A stretch of DNA of 63,138 bases, counting the filler, from Polymyxa betae A26-41 (taxonomy: Eukaryota > Protista > Endomyxa: Phytomyxea): NCBI GenBank assembly GCA_003693705.1. It is 5 parts of 5 records of this genome, joined end to end, with 100 filler letters (N's around TTAATTAATTAA, not from the genome) between each part and the next. Parts side by side here need not be neighbours in the genome. Positions count along the whole stretch, not along the records: positions 1 to 13,289 come from RBZT01000811.1; positions 13,390 to 40,473 come from RBZT01000693.1; 3 more parts are not named here. One strand, 5' to 3'. Both the position numbers and the translations under genes were made by a program. Positions 12,322-23,985 of the stretch are shown piece after piece. Within the stretch, counting starts at the first letter, position 1, and each line of letters opens with the position of its first letter. The notes beneath the pieces were generated by a model, which was not told the origin of the DNA, ran no database searches, and was given only the letters and a program-made list of their open reading frames with translations.

Positions 12322-13289
12322 ATGGCCGTTACAGGAAACCAGACTCAAGAGATGGGTCGGCGAAATCAGAACGAGGATGCGACACCCTTGGTCAAGACCG
12401 GGACGCTGGAATTGACCACGAGAATCAAGGGCGTTCTAATCCGGACGAGGAACCACGTGTGTCAAGAGATAATGATGATAATGCCGACGTCGAAGACCCC
12501 CAGGGCACGACTCGAAGAGGTGGCGATAACAGCGAGAGCGCTGGAGATCGAGTACATAATGGTGGCGGACAAGGAGTTCGCGAGGAGGATTACAGTCGAC
12601 TGCTTATGCAGGAGATGGATCAGACCCATACAAGAGAGATAGAAAGACTGAGACGGGAGCTGGCTGAGGCGAGAGGGGCTGTGACTCGATCCAATCAGGA
12701 CGGCAACTCAACTACGACCACAAGGCGGGAGCTCCGTTATGAAGACAGCGTTGGCGCTACATCCCGGTCGCCGATTCGATCCCTGCGATTTTGAGTGAGA
12801 TCACGAGAGCGACATCTGATACGGCGACGACCTCGAAGCGATCGAAACTTCATGCTGTAGAGATGCCGTATAAGTTCACGGGAAAGGATGAGTCAACTCA
12901 GCCTGATCAAATCATGGACGCGGAGTCATGGCTGGACATGTTCGTCCATCTGTGCTCGCTGACGGACCCCAACGAGGAGCTCCTCGACCGACAACCAACG
13001 GCTACGCGCTTTATATAAGAACCTGAAAAGGCCGGCCCTAACCATGGCCCTCGCCGAGGGTGATGACTCTGATTATACGACCGTTATGGACCGTCTTCGC
13101 AGGATGTATACTCTTCACGACATGGCCGGTAACAGCCTTGACCGCTTCAACGATCTGCGACAGAGGCCGAACCAGAAGGTCGAAGACTTCCATGTCGAGT
13201 TCTCTTTGGCATACGCGAAAGTCCGGCGGGCGTCTAAGCAGAAGTTCGAGATGTCAAGTTCACTGATGGCGCAGAAATTCCGTGACGCA
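12322..13289 (+). pseudogene. Retrotransposon gag, frameshifted and cut by a gap
   Basis: PYKFTG...AESWL and LRQRPNQKVEDFHVEF (gag QxxxExVxxY-like motif). Confidence 0.65.
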
Positions 13290-13389
13290 NNNNNNNNNNN
13301 NNNNNNNNNNNNNNNNNNNNNNNNNNNNNNNNNTTAATTAATTAANNNNNNNNNNNNNNNNNNNNNNNNNNNNNNNNNNNNNNNNNNNN
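13290..13389. other. Artificial contig linker
   Basis: N run, TTAATTAATTAA (stops in six frames), N run; 100 nt in total. Confidence 0.95.
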
Positions 13390-14082
13390 GCAAAGTAGTT
13401 AGTTCCCTTCGTCCCCTTCATCTAACTTCAGTCGCTCCCCTTAATTACACATTCAATGTTGGCGCAGCCCGTGGTCCAACCTGAATGCGAAATTATGCTA
13501 CCCCAAGTTTCGGTAGTCATTTGAGTTCCACCAGTATTTTTTGTATGGAGGCTCCGCCGCATTTTTGGCGCAGCCCACCGTTAGTTTTGGTGAAACTGCG
13601 GGTGACTACCGGCAATTTGGCTACGTTTACGGATACCTCTACAATATAGATAGAGTGACATAGTTTAGGCCACGGCTTTCAAAAGCGCGGGCAATTGGAA
13701 CGTGTTTGGGGTTTCTGCACCAGTCGGCGCTCGACACTGGAAGCTTCCCATGTCACACATGTGCATGTGCGACATGTTTGGCGGTGCATCAATAGCTCAG
13801 CGCGCCGTATAATTCGACCCAGCTCATGCGGCAGCTTGAAGAGGGACAGCCGCCTCCTCGTAGGATCATTCTTCAATCTTATTAGGGGGTATCAAAGTTG
13901 AGTCGCCGCAATTTTTTTGATTCCGATCTATCAGCGCAGAGTTTCAACGTAAGATTCGAATCTAACTTAAGATTCACTTCCAGGAGGTGAATCTTACTCC
14001 GAAAATCGAATCTTAAAAGACGCAGCGGGAATAAACACAGAAAAATTTGCTGGTTATCATCGTTTCCATCCGTTTGAGTCAC

Positions 14083-15401
14083 ATGGTTCCTCCTTCAGAC
14101 TCGCGATCAGCTACGCCAGCGAATGCTAAAAACAGCCGCAGGCGAACCTCAAAGCCAGAATTCCTTGCGATGATCCCATTCCTGGAAGTTCGTGAGAACT
14201 TCTTTTTGATCGAAGGAGGGGCAGCCGCCGGTAAGCCTATGACATCTGGGCAGAAATTGTCCAAAAACGAAGGCTATAAAGCTCTCGCCCTGCATGTCAA
14301 TGAGCCGATCAGTGATAAAAGCTGGACTTGGACAACTGATGGCGCGAAACGTCGCTACGCCAGTTTCAAGAAGCTCTACAGAATAACGAGAGCTCTAATA
14401 GGAACAACAGGGTTCGGTTTAACTGAAAAAGACAATGCTAAAGGAATTACGACTGTCGAGCAAAAACTCGAGTCGCGGTGCTTGTTCTATTCTGGAATGG
14501 ATGCACAGTTCGGTTTCCGACAAAATATTAATCGATCCGTTATTCAGGAAACAGGAGTTGATGTGGGACCTGGGATCTTCAATTCGCCTCATACATGGAA
14601 CGAATCTTACTCATTTTCTGAAGATGATTCCAGCGACGTTGATAAAAATGAATACACCATTGCGTGTAAAGCTAGCTACATTGTAAATCGCAAGAAGCAC
14701 CTGATAAATTTCCAGGTACAATGAATAAGGATCGAGAGGGCAACAACTATAGACAGGAGTCAAATGCAGGTAACGACTGTGAAACAGATGGCTTTGCTAA
14801 TGATGTGCCTAATTGTGCAGTCTCGGATAGATACGCTGCAGAAGAAATCGTCGCCAGCGGGGCAGTTGTGATGCCTCATATCCAGTCCTCACTCAATCTG
14901 CCCTTTCCAGGTAAATTATTGTCACGCTATTAACTCACCGAATTGCTGACACCGATAAGATCGCGTCGACGTAGAGAATGAAGCACGGGCTGAAGAGAGT
15001 ATGCGGCGTGCAGATGTCACTGATTCGGAAAGCGACAGTTGTGATACCGATACAGATTAGAGGCACGCCGTCGTGCGAACCTTGAAAAACCTATTTCGAA
15101 AAAACCCAAGACACCGAAGCCGAAATGACTGGATTTTACAATCGGCAAAAACAATGCATCTGTGACTTCCAGTCAGTCCAAAAAAGCGAAGAAGGATTTC
15201 ACAACCACGTTTGCAGAAACGCAACATGCTTATCTTGAGTTTAAAATGGAAACGCTTCAAACCGAAAGGGAGAAGTTAAAAAACGAGCAGAGCCTCGCTG
15301 AGTAGATTGCCAAAGGCAATATGGTGTCTTCTCTGCTGAGCACTGGACCGAGCATCGACGTCATTAAGGAGGCCTTGAACCTGGTATTCCCTGATAGTTA
15401 A
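14083..15401 (+). pseudogene. Harbinger Myb/SANT-like DNA-binding gene
   Basis: WTTDGAKRRYASFKKLYR...TGFGLT...CLFYSGMDAQFG; intron-like breaks and internal stops. Confidence 0.7.
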
Positions 15402-15423
15402 AGTAGTGCTGCAGGCGATCCAT

Positions 15424-16697
15424 TTAATCATAAAACCCGAAATACTCCAAAACTTCCTTCTGAATCTTACATCGCCATTCTTTTAGGGTGCAACTTTCGT
15501 TTCGACGCCCATGTATTTCCAAATCATATTGGGTAAGATCATGAATTTGGGCTTCTGACTCATAATCAAGATGGTCTGCTGCTACCCGCAGACCATTAAC
15601 CATGCTGTGCAAAACGCAACAGGCAGCAATCCAATCGCAAGCATAGGAGACATCCTTCGGCATATTGATAGTAATCGGTAAGCCTCGTAACGACTGCCAG
15701 TGCTGTTCCAAGATCCCGTTGCCATGCTCAGACACCACCCGCCCCCGGGATAATCGCTTATTGAACTCTTCATTTTCTGGGAGCGATGTTGCGGGTTGAC
15801 GGTACGGAACAAGCATCTGTTTGAATAACGAAAACCCAGAATCTCCAAACTGGTACTCCCCATCGGAGAAGAACCTTTCTGGATTCTTATCAACGGCACC
15901 ACTTTCCCATACTGCTGTGCCATGAACCGAACCGGGCCATCCGGCTATTACAAAACGAATGCTTCTGTTCTGATCAAACGTTAGCATGACGTTCATGGAA
16001 TATGTACACTTGCGACTGAAGTATACTTCGCCTTCAAGGGTAGGACGCTGAATAACCCAACATGTGTTCCATCAGTAGAAGCAACACAGCACTGAAATCC
16101 AAACTTTTCATGTGTCCTTGCGCGCTTAGAGCCCGTCTCTCTTCTACATCCGGCCAATAAATATACTTTCTGCTCAGGCTCTATAACCCATGGGTAACTC
16201 CCTTAGTATAAAGCACGACACTACCATAGCCTACTCCTTTGGAAACGGCTACCATTCCAATCGTCGAGCCAGTATTATGCACAGGCTAGCTGAACCCAGA
16301 CAGGGGCCTGGGGATTCTGCGATTCATTCTGGAACACAGGATGATCTAAGAAAAATAAAACGTGTATTCGAGTGACTTATACATGCTGAAACCAAACTTT
16401 GAATTTCACGCAGAAAGCGAAAGTTTCCTGACATACTCTAAGTTCTTGCTGGAACTGCCGAACTCCAAGATGTGGCAGGAGCCGCAGATGGCCTAGATTC
16501 TTTGGCATGGCCTGTCGAAAATTAAAATACCGTTGCTCCGGCACCGAGGCATAGATCGTCATCAGTTTTTTCGCTGTCTTCCTGAAATGCTTGGAATCTT
16601 CAGCGTCCAAGCCTGGACAGGCAAGCTGAGTAGCAAGATAGCGAATGGCATCTTCAAGCTGTCGTAAGCATTGATATCGCTCTGAATTTCGAACCAT
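15424..16697 (-). pseudogene. Harbinger DDE_Tnp_4 transposase
   Basis: DGTH, GWPGSVH, GDSGF, RVVSEHGNGIL, ACCVLH motifs; frameshifted. Confidence 0.88.
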
Positions 16698-16898
16698 AAC
16701 AAAAAATATAACAGCCAAGTTTGACAACCCCGCGCGAAACCGCATTTGAGAATAGAATCTAGAACCCGGTTTATGTACTTAAGATTCGAATCTGCAAAGC
16801 ACGATAGAAGACCAGAGATTCTTCGGAATCTTGAACTTTGATACCCCCTATTGCTCGATTGCTGAATCATGACTGTACCCTAGCCCACCACGATCACC

Positions 16899-17731
16899 TA
16901 GGGCTCCGATCGGGTTCGGGTAGTGTCCGAAAAACGCGGGTCGGGTCGGGCTCGGGTAGCGGGACGATACCCGACCCAACTATCCGACTGTATCCGACGG
17001 TTAATAATTTGAGCTGTACAAACTGCGCACGGATTTACGCTCAGCTAACATTTGTGTATTTTGTCAAGTTGCATCATTGCAATGGTCACGAATATGGCAA
17101 CCCGCAAGAGCAAAGCACCCATTTCGTCAACGACGCTTTCGCAACTATTCCAAAAAAAGACTTCAATATTGATTACTCTGACATTATCGAACTTGTTTCA
17201 CTTCTGATAATCTCTTATTGGGAGAACAAGTGACCGATTGGGAGAAATATGTACTGCTGAACAGGTCCAAACCGCTACCACAGGAGAAGCTGGTGATGAT
17301 TCTTCTCTTTTCACGTACCTCGATGTTCTCTCATTGCGTTTGTGAAGGCCAATAATGGATGAGGCCGACAAATATTTGAACTTGTGATCCTCTATATTAT
17401 TACATCGCATGCAATGCAGTTTCACATCTTTTGTCGAAAGAGACATACTGTCAATTCCTGGATCGTCTGTGTCGGATTTTAGAAATTTTCAATGGTGGAC
17501 ACAATGTGCTTAGACTGCGTCGACGTTCCCTTCAGCCTGAGACACTAAGTGCATTGATATTAGGGAATAACTCACTTATAACGCACCCAATCAAGATGTG
17601 TATACAGCGTTTCTGTGAACATTTTCTCTCGCCATACAATTGTCGGGTTGCTACCCGACCCGTCTAAAAATGTCGGGTCGGGTTCGGGTATGGGGCTGGT
17701 ATCCGACCCGACCGACCCGATCGGAGTCCTA
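16899..17731. mobile_element. Non-autonomous hAT derivative
   Basis: 17-bp TIRs TAGGGCTCCGATCGGGT (1 mismatch), CGGGT/ACCCG subterminal repeats, internal RRRSLQPETLSAL dimerisation remnant; no TSD match. Confidence 0.8.
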
Positions 17732-18149
17732 AAAACATTAAGGCTGATTCTGCGAGTTCAATGAAATCGGAAGCTGTTTCAGGAGGTTTTGATGACACCC
17801 TTGGATCATAGACTCTGAAACGTCATAACACACCGGAATCTCGAAAGACCGCCTTTCCCATTACAATCCATTGCAGTTGCAGATGGCCGCCAAATTGATA
17901 TACTTGGAACTGGTCACTCAAAACAAATCACGTTAGGACATGCCGCCATCAGTTTGCAAGACGTACAGCACGTTCCAAACAAGAACCACAAGCTGCTGGC
18001 TGTAGGGCAAAGCACGGAAATGAGTCTGTCCTTCCTGTTCACTGGAAACACATGTTACTTCTTGGACAAGCATTACGAGGTCATCCATCGAGTCGATAAG
18101 AACGGGAATAATCTTTACATATTTTAGCAATCAAAGAAACGCCACAAAA

Positions 18150-20005
18150 CTAATGACATCTCCGCTGTTAACCAAATCATTAGCCACCAACTAGCTCACC
18201 TACGATCCGGTCACTTGTGCGACAGGCTCCTGAGGAAGGCAAAAAATCTTTACGGTGGGACTTGATTTCGCAACCGACCCCTCCAGCGGCCCTGGAAATG
18301 CGCTGGAGGGATGCATCCAAGATGACTAGAACATCATTCAAGGTAAGTGTACATCGTGTCGAACTCCGATCTTCAGTTTCAAAGACTTGGTACACATGTT
18401 TGATACACAAAAGGGGACGGCGTACGGAGATTATACGGTATTCAGACCGCAAGTCAGCAATTTGACGCGGACCAAAGCCACGATCGGCAGCATGGATGAA
18501 ATCGATCAAGCGGACGTTGGGGATTGTTCATTCGCAGATTGCAATCTTCGAATATCGCTATAGATTGTCAGGAACGCTGACAGATTGTTTGGAGCGACGT
18601 CGTTATAAGACCATTCCCAGTTCCATCAATCGGAGGCAATAGGTATATGAAATCATTCACTGATGCCTACTCCAACAAAAGTTGGGTTTATTTCTTCAAG
18701 TTTAAATCGGATGATCAGGAAATTGTGGAAAATTTCGAGCGCCAGGCGTTTTGAACAAGTCCTCAAACAAAACGGAACTAATCCGCACCTGGAGAACGGA
18801 CAATGGGACAGAGTTTTTTGTCGACGGTTTTTGCCACGAAAACGGAATTTTGCACGAATCTTCGATACCCTGAAATCCAGAACAAATGGATGCGGCAGAA
18901 AGGTTCAATAGGTTGCAATATGAATAGACTCGACGAAGCAGGAACAGCTTCTCCCCGCCGCCTAGAGCCGGCTTGCAGCGATGGCGATACGAACCATCTC
19001 CTGACTATAGGGAAGCGACATTGGCTGCTACGTGTTGAGCCATGTCTCAACGGCACCGAATTGATGCTCGACTGCTGACTTCCACGACGTTGCCACGAGA
19101 ATTGGAGAAGGCGGAAGCCGATGAGTTTTCACGCAGCTCACCCATGAGAATTTTTTGTAGAAGCCATTGCAGCTGCAAACGTTCTCAGAAATGAGTCCCC
19201 GACAACCGCACTCGACGGAACGCAACATGAGGGAAGTCACCAGAGGAAGCCTTCTCAGGACAAATACCAGACGAATCTCGATGGAGAGTGTGGGGCTGTC
19301 GGTGCTGGTCGTTTGTTCCGAAAAGTTAAGACGAAAGGTGGACCCGAAAGCGAGGCGTGCGATCTTTATAGGATACGTCGACCGACAGAAGGGCAACAAA
19401 CTTTGGGATCCTATCACCAGGAACGTCTACTGCAACAAGCACGTATCAGGTTCGACGAGAGCGCATTCTCATGGGATGACGAAAAGAAGAGCGGCCACCA
19501 TTCTTTTCAGCCACTTCTCTCCTATGATATTGACGAAGCCGATGACACCCGGCAGCGCCAAGACCTAATTGGGAATCATTTAATAGGTACTGATGCGAGC
19601 GTAATCAACGAATGGAGCGACGACGCTCAGACCGACATGCATGTGAATGAAGAAGACTTAAACGAGAGTGAAATGGCCGACGAAATTAATGAAGATGCCA
19701 CAGGAGAGGAGCTAGATGACGACGTCAGCGACTACCATACCACACAAGAAGAGTTTGAGGCGCCAGACCCCGCAGGAATAACTGAAACGCGGGCTCCCAA
19801 TGATGCACGAAGACCTCACAGGATACATCGTAAGTCTGCCGCTACCAGCCGATTGATTTCCGGAGAACTGAGACAGAGGAAGATTTCGGGTCAAAATTCG
19901 TTAACCTTGCTGCAAAGCAACCCAAACAGTGCGACAGGCCCTGGAAGAGGCGACGGATACAAATGCCAAACCCGATATCACAACTGTGAAAGGGAACCGT
20001 TGTAA
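18150..20005 (+). pseudogene. Ty1/copia integrase-region remnant
   Basis: Degenerate PxQNGxAER motif and RKVDPKARRAIFIGY...KLWDP SH3-like motif. Confidence 0.75.
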
Positions 20006-20397
20006 TTTGACCCCCATATTTTACTTTACGAGCGAATCCCATTCCAAAAATAAATCACGCCCGATGATACAATCGGCACTGATCCTGTCCGAACGACAAA
20101 GGTGGTCCGAACCTGTCGCCCAAAGTTGATCATGACGTCCGACGTCCCTGTCAAGACATCAAGCCAAGGCAGGTGTACACGTCAAGTGGGCGCACGATAA
20201 CTTGGCTCGAGTCGTGCATGGCCACGAACCACTGGACTTCTCAAGCTCCGAACCGGAGCTGCTATAGCACACACAGACCCAGTCGACAATGGCAGCTCCC
20301 CACTGGTGTACGACAACTCCGCCATGGAATTTTCATATATATGAATCTGCGTTAATCTTATTTTACTATATAAGAGCCCACCGGGCCATCAATACAA

Positions 20398-21495
20398 TCA
20401 CTTCGTAAACTGACTGCTTGTCCAGACATTGATCGCTGTTGCCTCTCTAGTCTCAACAACCCCTTCGGCTTCCACAGTTTCGCCTACGAATCCCAGCATG
20501 CGAATGCGTTTCTCGGCCCTGCTGTCAATCTTCCCTCCTGCGGCTTTCACGGAGTCGTTCTGCACGATGCTGATGATGGCGCCTGTGTCGATAAGCGCAT
20601 TCGCGGTCCTGTCACCGAACTGCACCGTGATAATCGGCGCAGGAGGCGTTGTACGCGTCGTTACTCTGGGTAATTGTTGGTATATGCAGGGCTGCGCTGC
20701 ATGTGATGTGTGGCCATGCGTCGCCCCAGGGTCCACGACCAGGATAGCAGGTTGGAGTTCAACAGAATCGTCCGTTCCACATCATCCAGCTCCCTTGACC
20801 GGTTGCTGAAGTTGTACTTTGAGTCCAGCATGGCCCGAGTTTTGTCGCTGATGCTGCCTCGGTAAATGTTGAACGTTAGCTTGGGTGTTGCTTCACTTGA
20901 GTTGTGGGCGAACTGGCTGAGGGCTGCCTCGAGTCGGCAAATCAGCGCCGTCAAGTCTCATTGTCACGCTGATGGGCTGCGATTAGGGCTTCTTTCCAAC
21001 GATCCGCTTCAACAGAAGACGACCCAGTGATGCGGTCTCGAAGATCCATCAGCACCGTGTCGTATGTGTGGTCGGGCAGCTGGCGCTGCACCGCTCCGAT
21101 CAACGAGGCCAAGTTAGGGTTGCCGAATTCGGCCTTTATCCATGCTTCAAGAACATCGCGTGATCCGGAGACCCGTTTTGTCGCGGCCGCTGCCATGTTG
21201 AGCCACGTCACTGCTTCTTTGGACTCGTTCCATGGGCCGGCGGTTCAGACAGCCAGCTTCGGTGGGTTGAAGGCTTGGATGGGCAATCTCCGTGCGGTCC
21301 CTCCGGTGCACTTCGCTGGCTCGTCCGGCGTGGGTGTCCCAATAAACGACTCCTTGGATTCGTTTTTTATATTTCTTTTGGCCTGTTGAGTCTCCGAAAA
21401 GCGTTCCAGCATCCTCTTGAAGAATGCTTGCAGGGCGTTCAAGGCGTCAACCAGACGTTCAACCCGTTCAATTGGGGCGGGTATTGGCGTGCCAT
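20398..21495 (-). pseudogene. Ty3/gypsy-type gag and aspartic protease fragment
   Basis: ALIDTGAIISIV protease motif; upstream gag-like ORFs. Confidence 0.7.
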
Positions 21496-21717
21496 TTGAA
21501 ACGTTTTCTTGTTGTCATTTTGATTCCGATAAAGTGTTTCGGTTATGCGAAACGTCCAGGAACCGGGGATCTAGGTGTTCGTAGACGTACAAGTTATAAA
21601 ATCGAGATACGAGAGATAGTGAGAGCTAGAATAACGGTGGTATAGCAGAAACACTTTATGAAAAAGACAAAAGCAGCAGCCTCTGTCTTGTTATCAGCTA
21701 AGTCATCAGGGTAGTCA

Positions 21718-22364
21718 TCACAACCATTTGTCTTTAATGGCTATAGGCTTCAAAACATCAACCAAGAACTCAACATAACTTTTGGCTGCTTTCTGAAACC
21801 CATTGAAAAAACGCTGCCAATTATGGACCTCAATCAAGGTTTCCAGCTGTTGAACTAGATCAATAACTCTGGCTTTTGGTTTGAGCTTCAGACTTAACTT
21901 CAGAGATGACGTTACACTCGAGGGAATTTCACAATGAGTAGACGTATCAGAGGCAAGATATTGCTTCAAAAAATCCATAAACCTCTTATCTGTCAAGTCA
22001 TTCTTTTCAATCTTCATTGGATGTTACAAATAACAGATTAAAGGTTCGTGTCAATTAATGTGATAACGCTCTGAAGAAAAGCCGTGGCTCCAGTTCCTTG
22101 TCGACGAGCATTTTCAAGAACGTCAAAATACTGTTTGGCACAACATCTGGAATATCCAGCATCTTCAACCCGAATCGATGAAAGAACAGTCGACGATGCA
22201 TTCGACGACGAGGCAACGTCCGCAAACGCTGCCGATAACATTGAACTGGTTCCTGCAGACGAAAGTGCAGGTGTTGAAAATATCGACCCAGCAACATTGT
22301 CTGCAGGAGATGCTTGCTTCGAAAGGTCTTCAGTCTGCATGAGATCGGTAGGTGCTTTCGACAT
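21718..22364 (-). pseudogene. gag remnant, probably of the W[VI]DD gypsy group
   Basis: Weak resemblance in layout to gag at 28076-28399 and 33328-33906 (e.g. LTDKRFMDFLK...LVDVLKPIAIK). Confidence 0.45.
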
Positions 22365-23267
22365 TGTTCAAGATAAAAGTCGCTACAGAGCGTTCTGTGC
22401 GATCTTTCAAAGAAAACGATCACAATAATCTGTACTCTTAAACTGTTGAATTAAAGTCAAAGGGATCGTGCCTTGCTGTTCAGAACCCATGATTCAGAAA
22501 TATATATGTCTACGACCAATCAGTAACTGGGATAAATTCATTTATGAAAATTCCCATACAATCGGATTGTGCGCAATTCATTGCGTACGGGGGCTTTGGG
22601 ACCTCAAATCCGATTAAACCTGTTTGGAACATTCCGATATTTAAGATTGCGAGGGCTGCGGAAGTCTCCGCAGATTATCCGGGTGGCGGTCGCTTCTTTA
22701 CACTCCCATCAGATCCTCCGCTCGGAACCGCAATCAGCTGTCCTGATACTTTAAGAGATATATTCGGTGCCACGGGGTTTGCACGAATATCAGCATCTTG
22801 CTGGATTAGCATTACAGCAGCTTGACCGTCTCTGACTAACCGCGAATCGCACGAAGTGGCCCGCGACGTCGATATGTTTTCGTTCGATATCGCTCCTTGT
22901 CGTCCTCAGCTATCGCTATTTAGTCTCTTACTTGAACAATGACTTGAGAATTGAGAGCACTATTGAATTATGATTTAAGTAGAATTTGATTCCAGTCCCC
23001 AAGGTCTCGTTCGGGGCGGCCAGGGTAGTTCCGGGCTTTCGGAAGCCTGACAATGACTCACGCCGCCTCTTGTCCATCAGTGACGATTTGGACCATCGGG
23101 TCTCCCCCTATCATTTTAGAGTATTTTACGGATATATTCTGTTGGATCAATGTCACTGGAACAACTATTTGCATCGACTGACTCAGGTTTCCTATTTGTC
23201 TTAAATGTGAGACAGCCTTACTACACACTGTTTCCTTCAGAATCGTCGCACTCCTGATTGAAGCCAA

Positions 23268-23653
23268 TGTTGAGCAATAATGATCGCACCCATAATACCG
23301 GAACGTCTTGACAAGCCTTGCTGAGCGATTCTTACTCCGCTTCTGCTGTGAACAACATATGGCACTTCTGCTTGCTACTTGAGTAGTGCACAGTGTTGAA
23401 GTTCGAGGACCTACTGGCCAAGATGAGTCTGGAAAGGTAATTCAGGTTAATTCGAAGTACTGATCTACGTAGTGCTCGTGCAGAGGTCCCATAAGTAAGT
23501 CCTGTTCCAGTTACCACATATAACCAGATCTCTAAATAGACAATAACTATTGAAGCTGAAATAAAGGCAGTGTATTCACGAGAGATATTAAGGTACCTTA
23601 GCCTCTCTTCATTCAAACTAATCCGAATTCCAAAACTTGGTCTGGCTTCAACA
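23268..23653 (+). repeat. Ty1/copia 5' LTR
   Basis: TGTTG...CAACA termini followed by a PBS-like GATTAAGAGTCCCA and a copia gag start. Confidence 0.7.
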
Positions 23654-23736
23654 GATTAAGAGTCCCAAGCTACACAGAATCCATTTCTCATTACTCTTCC
23701 ATAAACTATTTGCCTATTCTACTCATCAACTCCCAA

Positions 23737-23979
23737 ATGGCGTCTTCTGATCTTCATGACCTAAAACTGACTATCTTCAATGGCGAACGATCCTCTTTCC
23801 AGTTATGGAAGTCGAAATTGCTGATGTATCTGGACTCAAGAGACCTAGAAGAATTTGCAACTGGAATTATTGACGACATGGGCAGTTGCTCTCCGGTAGT
23901 TATCAAAGACGACCTCCAAACGAAACAAGCAAAAAAACAAAAAGCCTTATATGTCTTTGTCTCCGCGATGAAGTACTAA
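23737..23979 (+). pseudogene. Ty1/copia gag N-terminus, truncated by a gypsy element
   Basis: FNGERSSFQLWKSKLLMYLDSRDL, the typical copia gag N-terminal pattern. Confidence 0.75.
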
Positions 23980-23985
23980 GCTCGG

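Larger units (their letters stand above)
13884..16849. mobile_element. Full-length PIF/Harbinger element (decayed ORFs)
   Basis: Perfect 16-bp TIRs AGGGGGTATCAAAGTT (13884-13899, 16834-16849), ATT target duplication on both sides, convergent Myb-like and transposase genes. Confidence 0.92.

Noticed and set aside
13290-13389. TTAATTAATTAA palindromes (also near 40520, 48225 and 60400) as biological sites
   Set aside because: Identical N-padded six-frame stop linkers added during scaffolding; adjacency across them is not evidence.
13635-13655. Helitron 5' end (TCTATCTATAT on the minus strand)
   Set aside because: No Rep/helicase remnant or CTRR end is visible; the contig ends nearby.
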